In this document: positions 24,949-37,835 of the stretch, in pieces | Numbering within the stretch: the stretch's first letter is position 1 | How the letters are laid out: every line of letters begins with the position of its first letter | Source: Chrysomallon squamiferum | Lineage: Eukaryota; Animalia; Mollusca | DNA length: 64,000 bases | Reading direction: 5' to 3' | Assembly (NCBI GenBank): GCA_012295275.1 | Contig: CM022671.1 | Location: 15,500,001-15,564,000, forward strand | The notes under the pieces: generated by a model | Database searches by the model: none | What the model saw: the letters and a program-made list of their open reading frames with translations, nothing else | Told to the model about the DNA's origin: nothing | Made by a program: the position numbers and the translations under genes

Positions 24949-25919
24949 ATGGACACGAAAGAAACACTTGTTGGTGTTGCACTCAGTTTCTCGAGTCTCC
25001 TGTTTACAATTTTTTACAAATTATATAAAAACAGAAATGCCACTGCAGATCAGATTAAGGCAAGTTTTATAAGTAACAATACGAATATTAGAAGCTAGAT
25101 TCTAGAGGCCTGTTTGGGGAAACATACATATATATATATATATATATATGAAACTCGTTAATGTGGATTCCTTATTTCTGCCCACTAAAACTTGATTAGT
25201 TTTTAAAAAGTATGGTGAACGACTAAAATGTATATGTGTGTGGGAGAGACCCTGCTTTGATTTGTAATGAAATTAACAAATTTGATGGCAGTTTGATACA
25301 TAAATTGTAACAATGTTTGGCTTAAAAATAGAACTTCCTAAGATTTGTAAAATGTTATTTGCAGAATTTGGTTGTTCCTAAAATCATTATTACAAAGAAA
25401 CATTTTATTATTAATATCATTCATACTCAGAGTTGCAGAATAGACGAACCATTTATCTTTTCAGCTTTGCATCCTCTTTTTATACTACAAATTTGTTATC
25501 TGCCATATTATATATATATATATATATATATAATAATTAATGAAAATACCCATATTTCTGAAAAATGCAACTAAAAATAAATAAAACTAAATTTCTGAAA
25601 GCCAAAAATATTATTTGAAAATAAATATATATATATGTATATATTATGTATGTATATATGTATTTATGTATGTATATATTTGAAAGAAACTTTGTTTCAA
25701 TGATACATATGTTAACAATTTATTGTGGATATATAATAATAGTTACCCTTATATTATAATAGCCCAGGTTGATAAATGTATCTAAATGTCACCTATGTTA
25801 CCTCATAACTACCTACCTACCTATCTCTCTATCTATCTACCTGTCTATCTTTCTGTCTATCTATCTATATTTAATTATCTATACATGCATACATACATAC
25901 ATACATACATACATACATA

Positions 25920-25950
<31 letters not shown>

Positions 25951-26325
25951 TAATTTAGTCAGCAAAGATGCTGCCTATTGATGAAAGCTTGGCTGATGTT
26001 CTTGCTGAAGCTGAAGGAAATACTATTCCTTATGCTGTTGTTGAAGGACTTGTGTCTCCTATCCATCAGACTTTGAAGAGCAAACATGGTGATCATGAGG
26101 GTGTTCTGTATCACTGGCAGATTGTGGAACACAAGTCGAAGAGAGTGCAAGGATACTGGTATGTTTCCGCTGTTAATTAAGACGTGTCTTCGTATTGTTT
26201 AGAATAAAATTAAACAACGTATTTAAAAAAGAAAACAAATAAAACAAATAAAAACTATAAAAAGGTCTGTGGATTGTGATTACTTAGGCAATGGTTTAAT
26301 TTTTCCTAGTTTGATACTGGGTTAG

Positions 26326-26368
<43 letters not shown>

Positions 26369-27604
26369 CAAAGGTGGTATTTGAGCTGATGATTTCATTT
26401 TAATCATTTATACATGATATACATTCTGAAAGGTAAACGAAATGACACATACAGATCTATGTATAAATTTCTAAATAACTTTCTTTGAATTTTACTTAAA
26501 AAGCATTAAGAACTTCTGTTCCAAGCCTTTATAAGATGACAGATTATAATTTTGTGATTAGAACACTTACTTGTTAATAAAGTTGTCTGTTGGAATATAA
26601 AAAAGTATCTTGCTGCTACTTGTCAGTTCAGTGGATGGAATGGCAACAGAAAGTTTTATCTTCGTTATCACTGGCCACAGAGTAGGGGAGACAACTGCCT
26701 TTTCTAAATATCGAGAAAAACCAGAAAGAAACAATATTTCTTTTCATGTTTCAGTTTTGTATTGTCAAACAAAGCTTCTTTTTTTTATTATTAGAAATTA
26801 TTATTTGTATTTTATATCTCTGTAAAATTTTATGCAAATCCCTCCTTAACCAAAGTGTCCTAATATGCCTACATTCATTTTACTTTTAACAGGTCTGATA
26901 TGAAGAGAACAATTACTAATATCATTGACATGGTTCCATTTGCACTGACTAATCCTGATGATAAGAAACATGTAGTTCATGTCACAGAAGGTTTACATGC
27001 TGACTCCATTCAGGATGAGCTCACTGTAACCTTTGACCAGTTTAATCCAGAACAGTCAAGTCTGCTACAAGCTGGCATAAATCGTGTCTTTGGTGAGGTC
27101 ACTAAAGGATATCAGGAGACAGAAGAAATGCTTTTGGTGGGTACCAACCTTATTGGAATTGGGGAAGTTCGTCTTGAGAATAATCTTATCAAACTGGTTC
27201 CACCTGCCAGTGGCAGCTATATTTTGTCTAAGTTAAGCAGAAATGAAATAGTAAGAAGTTTTGAATCTCGGTCATTTACATTCAAGATTTTTGCAGTTAT
27301 TTTTGGTACCATTAGTGCTGGTTTGACAGTTTATATCGTTATGAGATTTGTCAGGAAATACTTGGAATACAAAAAAAACAGACAAATACTTGAGGAACTT
27401 CGAGCATCTTCTCAATTGGCAGGTTCTGATAATGGTGAACAGGGGAATGTGTGTTTAATTTGTCTGAGCAATCCAAGAAACATTGCTTTAATGGACTGTG
27501 GTCACATCTGCATCTGCTCACACTGTGTAGAATGTCTTCCAGAAATGATTTGTCCTATCTGCAGATCTCCCATTGTCAGACATGTTCCTCTCTATGTATC
27601 GTAG
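24949..27604 (+). CDS. MUL1: Mitochondrial E3 ubiquitin/SUMO ligase MUL1 (TM - GIDE domain - TM - C3HC4 RING), 340 aa
   Basis: Exons 24949-25059 (MDTKETLVGVALSFSSLLFTIFYKLYK...QIK, donor AAG|GCAAGT), 25959-26158 (SAKMLPIDESL...IPYAVVEG...EHK...GYW) and 26893-27604 (VPFAL...GEVTKGYQETEEMLLVGTNLIGIGE...TM...CLICLSNPRNIALMDCGHICICSHCVECLPEMICPICR). Total 1023 nt, in frame. Confidence 0.95.
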
Positions 27605-30513
27605 TTCATAAATGAAGTTTGCTTCTGTGTCAGTTAGGTTTGTGTGACAAAACAAGATAAATAATATTTTGTTTGAGTATTTTTAGAAAAATAATAATTA
27701 AAAAAAATAGAGGTTTCATACAAGTATATTAAATTCAGAGGATTTCATGACAGTTCATTAAAGTAACAGATAACATGAAACCTAAAACTACATGTATTTC
27801 TGTTTATGATAATATATAAAATTAATTTAATATATATATATATGTATATATATTTCTCCATGAAACTATTTCATATAATTATTTTATTAGTGTTAAAAAT
27901 TTGAAATAGTCTCAAGGGTTGTTCTGTCAAATCTGTGTGTGTTGATCTGTGTGTGTAGTATTAATACATATCTGGAGTGGTGTCGCTGGCTTCATTCATA
28001 TGTAGTGTGTAATTCCAGTTAGAATATGTACAAATACTAGTGAAGCAGGAAACTTTTATGAGTGATACAAATGTATGAATGTATCAAATCCACAAAACCT
28101 ACTTTGCCAAGAGTGAAATTGATAAAACTGCATAACATAGAACTGCTACTAATGCTAAATATAGAATTGCTACAGGAAGGATGCATACAAAAAGCATACG
28201 AGCTAACTAATACTGAAAGATATTAATATTAATGATTAACTTTTGTATAAAAATTATTATTTTTTAAAGACTTGTAATATTTAATTAAGATAATAAACCA
28301 AAATAATAAACAGAAATATAGTTTTGTTTTTATATATAATCCTTCTTTTTTCATCTTTTTTTAATTTTGTAATATTTATTTTCAAATAGTAGTTTTGGCT
28401 TTCAAAAATTTATTTTTGTTTATGTATAACAGCTTTTACTTTGTTTCCTTTTTAATTTGTGATATCATTTCCAGACAATAAAGTTTAATTTTTCAGAAAT
28501 ACTGGTATTTTCTTTAATGTTTATTCACAGGTTCCAGCCAGCAATTTAATATTCAGTGTTAATTAAAATGACATTGATCAGGATAAAAACTGATCTACCT
28601 TACATATTACTTTGAGACATTCCTAGCCGAGTGTCATATCTTTACTACTTTTAAATCATTTTCAATCTGATTATCCACTCACAAACATAAACATGTCTTC
28701 ATTTCTTAATTATTTATTTCAATTGATTTTCATGTAATGATGCATGATATAAAAAGTTATTTGCTATATTGAACTGAAAGAAATTTTAAATCAGTTGCTC
28801 TGTAATAAGAAATTAATCTGCCCAGTGTTTGTGTAATGCTCTGATTTCAGAGCTGTGCTTGTGTAGTATCACAGTATTGGAATCAGTGTCTGAAGGACAG
28901 TTTTATAGTTTTTCTTTGATTTCATAGTTAAACCCTACCTTTTTATTATCTCCATTTTCACTCTATAGTCCATTAAGGTAACATCTTTTAAAAGTTATTC
29001 TGAATAAACAAGTGACAACACATAAATAGGCTTAAATGTTTATTAGTAATAAAAACTACACCTTAAAAATTAAAATAAAAATAAAAATGTGTAATAGAAA
29101 ATTATCTTGATTTGTATTTAACACTTTTTTTGTATGTTGATAATGAAACCCTGGAATTTATATTAAGGTAGAAAATGAAACTATTTTTATGTACATGTAT
29201 ATTCAAAATGGCAAAATTACATGCAAAATAACAAGACTGTTGGCAATTTAAAAAATAATAATAATTTACAAGGTTTCTCATTCTTTATACAAACATACAG
29301 AGAGATTTTTTTCTTTACACTGTTAAAGATCTGTAATGAATAATAAAAACACGGGTGGGATAAATGGTAATATTTACTTTATTTTGATTTAGATAAACAT
29401 ACATTTTAAAACAAATACAACGAAAAAAAAAAATATTCCAGAAATGTGCTGACTCACCCTGTATGTGTAGAATTTAATTCATTTTGGGGAATTCTTTACA
29501 TCGAAATAAATGCCTTCCCTTTGTCACTCTTCTCATTTCTGAACATGAAGAATTTCTATTTTATATTTCACTCAAGTATTTAATGACAATTTTATATACT
29601 GGGTATAACTTTAAATTTGTTAAATGATCTAATTAAGATTACAAACAAAACATTATTTTAAAATGTTAAAAATTACAAAACCGGAATGTGCTGAGAAGGT
29701 GGTACATTAAAAAAAAAAAAAAAAAATATATATATAAAAAATAAAAATCAATCTATAGTGTAAGTAGAAGTACATACTTAATAAGTATGGAAAGCATTTA
29801 TAAATATATATATACTATTAAAAGCTCAAACATTGTAAATATAACTTTGAGAACAATGGAATGTATTAAAAACAAAATTTACTATGCAAACAAAGTATAT
29901 TAATTTATCTTTTTATGTTAACATTTGTAAAACTACTTGATAAAAGGAATACTCGGGCCAAACCGAAAATTTCTCTAACATATTTCAGTAACATTAAATG
30001 CAATATTGCTTATATTGCTAAGTTTTTATATGTGTTTATGAATACTGCATTTGTCCTATGCTAAAATTAGCTATAAGGTCAAACCTGCAAAAGTGAATGT
30101 CATATTCTTATTTGTAATAATATTGTTTGTATGCCTATTAAACTTACTTTAACTAACACTGTTCTTTTATGACACTGCTCAGTTATAATTCTTGATGCAT
30201 CTTTTAAATTATTATATTACTTTATGAGTATATTATGGTAAACAGACAATATTCAAGATACTATAATGTCTGCAGGATGAAATTAAACTACTGCAATTTT
30301 ATTTCTGAAATTGTTTGTATCAGATCTGCACCTAACAGAAATAGTTCAAGTTTGACCCAAGTATATACCTTTAATCTGATACACTACATACATGTGTGAT
30401 CTGTTGCAAGGTAACCTCTCAAGTCAAGCCTACTGATAATAATTGTTAGTTCAGACATTTATAAAAGTAAATCTATACAATTTCATTTTAATTGAACTAT
30501 TATGTATGTTAAA

Positions 30514-30556
<43 letters not shown>

Positions 30557-31533
30557 GGAGACTGTAGAAGATCTTATTCTCAAGCTATCTGCATATATTT
30601 TAAAGATTTAAATATTTAAAAATCTGAAACACTTCTATTCACAAGCATTTCTGATAAAGAATTTTCAACCTGCATCAGTGCCAAAATGCAACTATGACAT
30701 AAAAGGAATTTCAATAAGACCAAAAATATTTTGCATTGTTATTATTATTATTATTTTTTTAAATAAAAAAACTAAAATATAAAATTAAAATAAACAAGCC
30801 TTACAAGGCATTCCAATTAAACAACAGATTTTGACTACACTATAATAAAACACTATTAATGCCAGGGACTACCTACAAAATACATATTCACTTTTCTAAA
30901 TGCAGACATTGGTAAAAATGAGCACTAATATTTACAGCACAATTTTTGGAGTTCAGTATAAAATTAAATTACAATTTTCTTAGATTAAAATGTAATAAAA
31001 TATGCAGTTTGTTTGCTACAGCCAATTTTTTAAACATGCGCCCTATCAGTCTTCACCTATTATGTATATTACAAACTGAGTAAATAAAAATAATATGATT
31101 ATTATCATCACTGTTTTGAAATAATTAAAAAATATAAAAAAATGTTACTCAGTTTTACATTCAGTGCTTTTCAAAGAAGATTAATTTACTAAAGTATTCT
31201 TTCTGACAGCTAATTTAAAATAAACTGATTTTTTACAGATAATTACTAAATACGGGATATGGCAAGTTATTTCTCTGAAATATTAACATTATTTGGAACT
31301 GAAGGACAAACAGTTGTATCAAAAACATCAGAATGCAAGCTTTTGAAAAAAACAAAATAACTGAATCATAAACATAAAAGAAATTTAAAGAAAGTGAATA
31401 GAAATGTATAAAATTTTGGGCTAAAATTCAACGATTATTTTTAACCAGAACTTTGTATGCATAGTATGTTGTTGTCTCACCAGTAATGTCTTTTGTTTTA
31501 GCAGGACCAGTATATAAAAAAAATATATGTATG

Positions 31534-34500
31534 TTACACATTACTCTCTGAGTGTTCATAGTTACTGCCGTAAGTCAATGTGTACTGTTTGTCTGTCAGC
31601 TCCTTCAGAGCCTCCCAGGACGACTTGCGAGGATTCATGCTGCTGGAAGGAGGTGGAGCTATGCTTGAAGATGATGACCCTTCTCTTTCAGAGGAATGTT
31701 GTGATGGATGGTTTGATGAATGACTCTGAGGCACAACATCTGATGCTGGATAGGCACTACCAAGTCCAGGCACAATGCTGGAAGGCACATACTGTGTTGG
31801 AAGTGGCTGGCCCGAGGCACTGGTACTGGCTGGGTAATGTGCACTGCTAAACACTGAGCCTGTTACAGATTCAGTCTCTTGCATCTGCTGAGGATGCTCA
31901 GCTGAATCAGTAAGGGAACATAACATTTCCCATTTGGACTTGGAAGGTTGAGAAGCAGGTGGTACTTTGGAAGTGTTATCCGGCAGACCTGTACTTGCTG
32001 GATTTACAGAAGGTTGCCCTGCTGCTGGTTGAGGTCCTGCCAGTGACATAGGCTGCACTGGAACCTGATAGTTAGGAAATCCTGCAGGATACTGAGCAAT
32101 CACTGGGACTCCTCCTGGCCCACTGTACTGAGGAACATACATGGGCTGACCCATATACTGTGGGTTCATTACAGGAACTGTCATGGGCATGTTTTGACCA
32201 ACATATGATCCAGGTTGTGAAAAAGCAACGTTTTCATAAGCATTTGGCTTTTCAACTTCATCAACTGCTGCTTTAGAATTAGCTTCATTCAATTCATCAG
32301 CAGAACTTCCCACAGTGGCAGTTTTTCTTGGCTTTGGTTTAGGTTTATCGCCAACTTCAGAATTGCTATCCACCGTAGGTTTTCTTTTGGGCTTGTCAGA
32401 TTTCTTTTTAGTCTTTCTTGGCTTTGATGGTTCACTCTCGTTTTTCAGTTCTGTATCCAAATCAACTGATTTGGATTTTAGTTTTGGTGTCCTTGGTCTC
32501 GATTCAGTTTCAGAATTTCTCCTGTTGGCAGTTTTCTTAACAGTCTGAGTAGAAGAAGAGCTCATGTGCTCATGCTTGGGCTTTTTGTCAACAACTCGTT
32601 TGGGATTCATCACAACAGCATGGCCTCTGCCTGTCTGCGTTGCTGTCTCCCTAAGTGTTTGAGTTGACTGTTCCCTCATTTCATATTCAAGATCACCTAG
32701 TGATTTGTATCCTCTGTCAAACTTGTCCCTTCTTGATATAGGTCTGCTGTGTATAACAGAATCATCGTAGGCATCAATGTCATCTCTGGTATATGTTGAG
32801 ACTGATTCACCAAATGAGTTTCTTCTCTCCCTTCTTCTGCGTCGACCATACAAAGATGATCTTGAAGAATAAAGTGACTGTCTGGATTGGGACCTCTCTA
32901 AGGCTAAACAAGATAAAAAAAATCACAAAAATCACACTCAAATCTGATAAAGAAAAGAAATGCACTTTAATCTCAAAAACATAAAAGAATATTTAGTCAT
33001 AATTAAAAATCTTAAAACCAATAACGAATAATTTAAAAGCAATGTTTAATTAGTGGTAATTAACAATTAGGGATCGTTTATAAATATTCTCCTATTTATA
33101 AAACACATTTCTGATAGAAAAGGCATTTCTTAAATCAGCTTAATACTCTTTCTTTGTCCAGGATATATTTTAAAAAAAATGGCTACAAGTGACCATTCTG
33201 GGAAAAATATTGATAATTTTAGTTCTACTTATTGAAAATAAATTCTGGAAATAGATTTAAGAATGGAAATCTAAATGAAGATTATCTCCTCAAAGCAACT
33301 TAAAAAATAGAATAGTTACGATTTGGAATGATAAAGAAGAAAAAACAAGGTAATTATTACTTACGTGCAAAATTATCTAGATCATCATCATCATATTGAT
33401 TTCTGGATGCCATGCTGTTGGGTGTTCCAGGTCTGTCATCATCAATAATTGATCCAGTACTTGGGCGAGATGCCAGTCGGCCAATTCGAGGTGACTTGTG
33501 AGATTTCTTTCTCTGACTGCTGTTTTTCTGGAACCCTCCAGCTGGTCGAGTTCCAGCTCTTTCTGGGTCTGCAGCCCTCTGTCTTGGTTGTTCTTTTTCC
33601 ACGACAGACTGAGAATCTTTTTGTTTGTTTTGCTGGCTTTTGCCTCGGTTCGGCCTCAAAGTATGACTGGATGGTTTGTTGTTTGCTGCTGATTGAGGAT
33701 CATACACTCTAATTGGCACCACTTCACTTGGAGATGGTGGATCATCACTGTCATGTATTACTTTTATGCCATTATCATCCTCCTCTGAATCGTACGGATG
33801 CTGCAGATGATCAAGCTCACTTCCAGAGGAAGATGGACGAGGAGCTCTTTTAATACTTGCAAAAGCCGACCTTGAAACACGAGGAGATTTGGGAACAATT
33901 GGAAGAGGGGGTGCTTCAGGAATCTTGTTCTCCTGGTAATTCCTGTTGCCCTGAGCCTGAGAGTGAGAAGTCTTTTTAACAGGAGAGGCTCCCGTTTCTG
34001 AATCATGATCATCTGAAGTGTATGATGAAATTCGCTTACGTCTTTCCTCTGCTTCAGCTTCTGTGGCAGCAAAAGAAGCTCTGAATTTAGGATTGCTATG
34101 AAGATCAGCAAGAATTGGAGATTTCGGTTCTTCCAATTCAACTGATTCATTATCCACGGCAGGTAGCTTAATCTTCTTTTCATTAATAGCATTGTCTCTG
34201 CGAGCACCTCCACTCTGTCTCAGTGGCTGGTTGTATTTAAAAGGATCAGATTTTGTCGGACTAGCTGCATACGAACCAATAAGTGGAGAAGTCTTTTCAG
34301 CCATCTGATTCTCATGGCTATTCATCAGCAACTTTTTATCAGACCGTGGTGTATCATCACCATCATAACGGCCATTAGCGGTTACTTCATTTGCATAACC
34401 ATAACTGGTAGTCGACATTTCTGGTTCATCGAGTCTCATTTTGTACTCCTGCTCTGCCATTTGTCTGTCGTGCTCTTTCTTCTTCTTGTAGCAACATACC

Positions 34501-37253
34501 CCGATGATTGCCAACATGACAAGAAAAAATATTATGCCACCGGTTATTCCCACCACGAGTCCCACTGCTATAGGATTTGCATCAGTTAGCTGAGGATCCT
34601 GTCCAGCTGAAATGGCAATCAGTTAAAAATCATTGTTAAATTTTATCCTTATAAATATTTCCTAGATGCAGCCTTCTCAAGGTTTATAAAACAAAATACT
34701 GTTTTCTGTTTTGAGAAATAATCCAAGCATATCCTAGAAAAAAATTAATAAATTTATTTCTGAAATAAATAAACAGAGCAGTTAAAGTTTTGAATTATAT
34801 ATATATATACATATATATATAGTTTGCATTTTAAATGTAAATCAAAATTAATTTGTTTGAAAAATGCAAGATTATGTAAATCTAAATATATAAATATATA
34901 CTTACGAATATAAGCTGTCATGACCATTTGAAAATTATATCCTTTGGCATCCAGATAATCTCTTGTCATTTCAATGGAAACCTTTCCTGAAGGTGACAAC
35001 AGGGCTCCTGGTATTGCTGACTTGCATGTTAATATTTTAATCTGAATAAAACAAATTATTACTTATACATATTTTTTGATGGTTTCAGCTTCCTACTGCA
35101 GTTAGATTTTAATTTTTGATAATCAGAACATCTATTTAATGTATCATTCATAGTAAGTTTCCCAGTAATTTTATCAACATTTGTCTTTTACAGTACTGTA
35201 TAATAAATATGTATTCACTGGAGTTCAGATTTCTGTTACACAAGTGGTTTTTTACATAAAAATAAGATCTCACTGGATTCAGTTTGCCTTATATTAGCTA
35301 GTTATTTATGAAATAAGTATGCACTGGATTTAAGTTGACTGTAATAGTCAGATATATAACATGTACAAACACTCAATTGATTTAAGCTGATCAGTTTATA
35401 ATAATAAGCACTAAATGGTTCAGTTACCAGTAACAGTGATTTAAGAAAGAAAACTCACTGGATTTGAGTTACCTAAAATAGTGATTTATGGAAGAAAACT
35501 CACTGGATTTGAGTTACCAAATACAGTGATTTATGAAAGACAACTCATTAGATTTGAGTTACCAGTAACAGTGCTTTATGAAAGAAAACTCATTGGATTT
35601 GAGTTACCAGTAACAGTGACTTATGAAAGAAAACTCACTGGGTTTGAGTTGCCTGTAACAGTGATTCATGAAAGAAAACTCACTGGATTTGAGTTACCAG
35701 TAACAGTGATTTATGAAAGAAAATGCATTGGATTTGAGTTACCAGTAACAGTGATTTATGAAAGAAAATGCATTGGATTTGAGTTACCTAAATAGTGATT
35801 TATGAAAGACAACTCATTAGATTTGAGTTACCAGTAACAGTGCTTTATGAAAGAAAATGCATTGGATTTGAGTTACCTAAATAGTGATTTATGAAAGAAA
35901 ACTCATTAGATTTGAGTTACCAGTAACAGTGCTTTATGAAAGAAAATGCATTGGATTTGAGTTACCAGTAACAGTGATTTATGAAAGAAAACTCACTGGA
36001 TTTGAGTTACCAGTAACAGTAATTTATGAAAGATTATTGACTGGATTTGAGTTACGTATAATAGTGATTTATGAAAGAAAACTCACTGGATTTGAGCTAC
36101 CTAAATAGTGATTCATGAAAGAAAACTCACTGGATTTGAATTACCTAAATAGTGAACATGAAAGACAATTCATTAGATTTGACTTACATGTAACAGTGCT
36201 TTATGAAAGAAAACTCACTGGATTTGAGTTGCCTTTAACAGTGATTCATGAAAGAAAACTTACTGGATTTGAGTTGCCTTTAACAGTGATTCATGAAAGA
36301 AAACTCACTGGATTTGAGTTGCCAGTAACAGTGACTTATGAAAGAAATCTCACTGGATTTGAGTTGCCAGTAACAGTGAACACTGGGTTTGAGTTGCCAG
36401 TAACAGTGAAAGAAAACTCACTGGATTTGAGTTAACAGTAACAGTGATTTATGAAAGAAAACTCACTGGGTTTGAGTTGCCAGTAACAGTGATTCATGAA
36501 AGAAAACTCACTGGGTTTGAGTTGACAGTAACAGTGATTTATGAAAGAAAACTCACTGGATTTGAGTTACCAGTAACAGTGATTTATGAAAGAAAACTCA
36601 CTGGGTTTGAGTTGCCAGTAACAGTGATTCATGAAAGAAAACTCACTGGATTTTGAGTTGCCAGTAAACAATGACTTATGAAAGAAAACTCACTGGATTT
36701 GAGTTGCCTGTCAGAGTAATGGTGAGCCGGACACTGCAGTCATCCATGATGAGACGATTAAATGAGATCTGAATTTCAGCTCTGTCGTCTTCTGCAGAAA
36801 AACTCAACTTGCACCTCTGAGCATTAGCGGTAGTACCATCAGCAGACAGAGTCACCTGCTGGCCTGTCTTCACTGTCATGTAGCCAGCAAAGTTACACCT
36901 GCCAGGAACATTCATGTCATCTGAAACACACACAGTTTGATTTTAACACACTAGTGTAAAGGTAACAATTATTTGTTTCATTTCAGTGTTTATTATCATC
37001 TGAAACGTTATGATACATATCTCATTTTAACACTAGCATAAAGTAAATAATTATTTGTTTCTTATTAATTAACTTTCATTTAATCTGACATGTATACATC
37101 TCATTTTAAGACTAGCATAAAACTGATAATGATATATTTCTAATTAACATTCATGGCATCTGAAATAATATGTATCTCATTTTAATATTAACAAACTGAT
37201 AACGCAAACTAATAATTTATTTCTTATTAAATAATTTTCTTATCGTCTGACTC

Positions 37254-37300
<47 letters not shown>

Positions 37301-37682
37301 TATCATTTTAATATTAGCAAAATGTAGACAATCATGAAGATTAATCATTTATATTTTATTAACAACTTGCAAGACATACAAAAAACAAATAATAACATTA
37401 AAAAAAAATAAAATCAAATAATATTCCACAAAACTAAAATGAATTGCTTCCATACACATCTAGTTTTATGTTCAGCAAGTAAACTGTCTTTAAAAGAAAT
37501 GCACTCTGTTTTCTGCATTACACATCTGCAACACAAATATAAATAAATAGGTTTACCCTTGCGAAAAATTAAAAAAATAAAATTAAAAACTTACATGAAC
37601 TTTCAGCATACTGAGCTTTTCCACATGAACACAGCAAAAAAAGAATAAAAACTGTAAGTGAATTTATGTAAATAATCTCCAT
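31534..37682 (-). CDS. Uncharacterised 1020-aa type I membrane protein: signal peptide, CUB-like ectodomain, single TM, ~830-aa disordered cytoplasmic tail ending ESNV
   Basis: Exons 37595-37682 (MEIIYINSLTVFILFLLCSCGKAQ..., signal peptide), 36694-36920 and 34906-35041 (four Cys, CKLSF..., IQISFNRL.MDDC, GYNFQMVMTAY; CUB-like pattern), 33365-34606 (GLVVGITGGIIFFLVMLAIIGVCCYKKKK TM) and 31534-32903. All GT-AG, phases 1/0/1/1, total 3063 nt. A likely non-coding first exon ends near 39066. The CUB assignment is by pattern only. Confidence 0.85.
35436..36720. repeat. 45-bp minisatellite, ~28-29 copies, overlapping the exon/intron donor junction at 36693/36694
   Basis: Unit GTGATTTATGAAAGAAAACTCACTGGATTTGAGTTACCAGTAACA. 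More degenerate copies continue to ~35210. This array explains the plus-strand (VIYERKLTGFELPVT)n ORFs. Confidence 0.95.
36911..37320. repeat. Degenerate ~80-bp tandem repeat, ~5 copies, overlapping the acceptor junction at 36920/36921
   Basis: CATCTGAAA...CTCATTTTAACACTAGCATAAA...AATTATTTGTTTC recurs at ~36918, 36997, 37082, 37157 and 37244. Confidence 0.7.
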
Positions 37683-37802
37683 CCTGAGATTCGTTCTCTT
37701 CAAACTTCAGTGACTACATGCTGGGATATCTGAAAAGTAAACATTCTCATGTTATTAAATGCATCACTCATTTGGTATTCAAGTATGTGTATGTAGTATA
37801 TA

Positions 37803-37835
<33 letters not shown>

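Noticed and set aside
29349-29464. Possible tiny mariner-type MITE (CACGGGTGGG...CACCCTGTA)
   Set aside because: Terminal match too short and imperfect to support.
35481-36656. Plus-strand ORFs encoding (VIYERKLTGFELPVT)n; superficially CRISPR-like periodicity
   Set aside because: By-products of a 45-bp minisatellite antisense in an intron. They are broken by indels and stops, have no unique spacers, and lie in a eukaryotic context with no cas genes.
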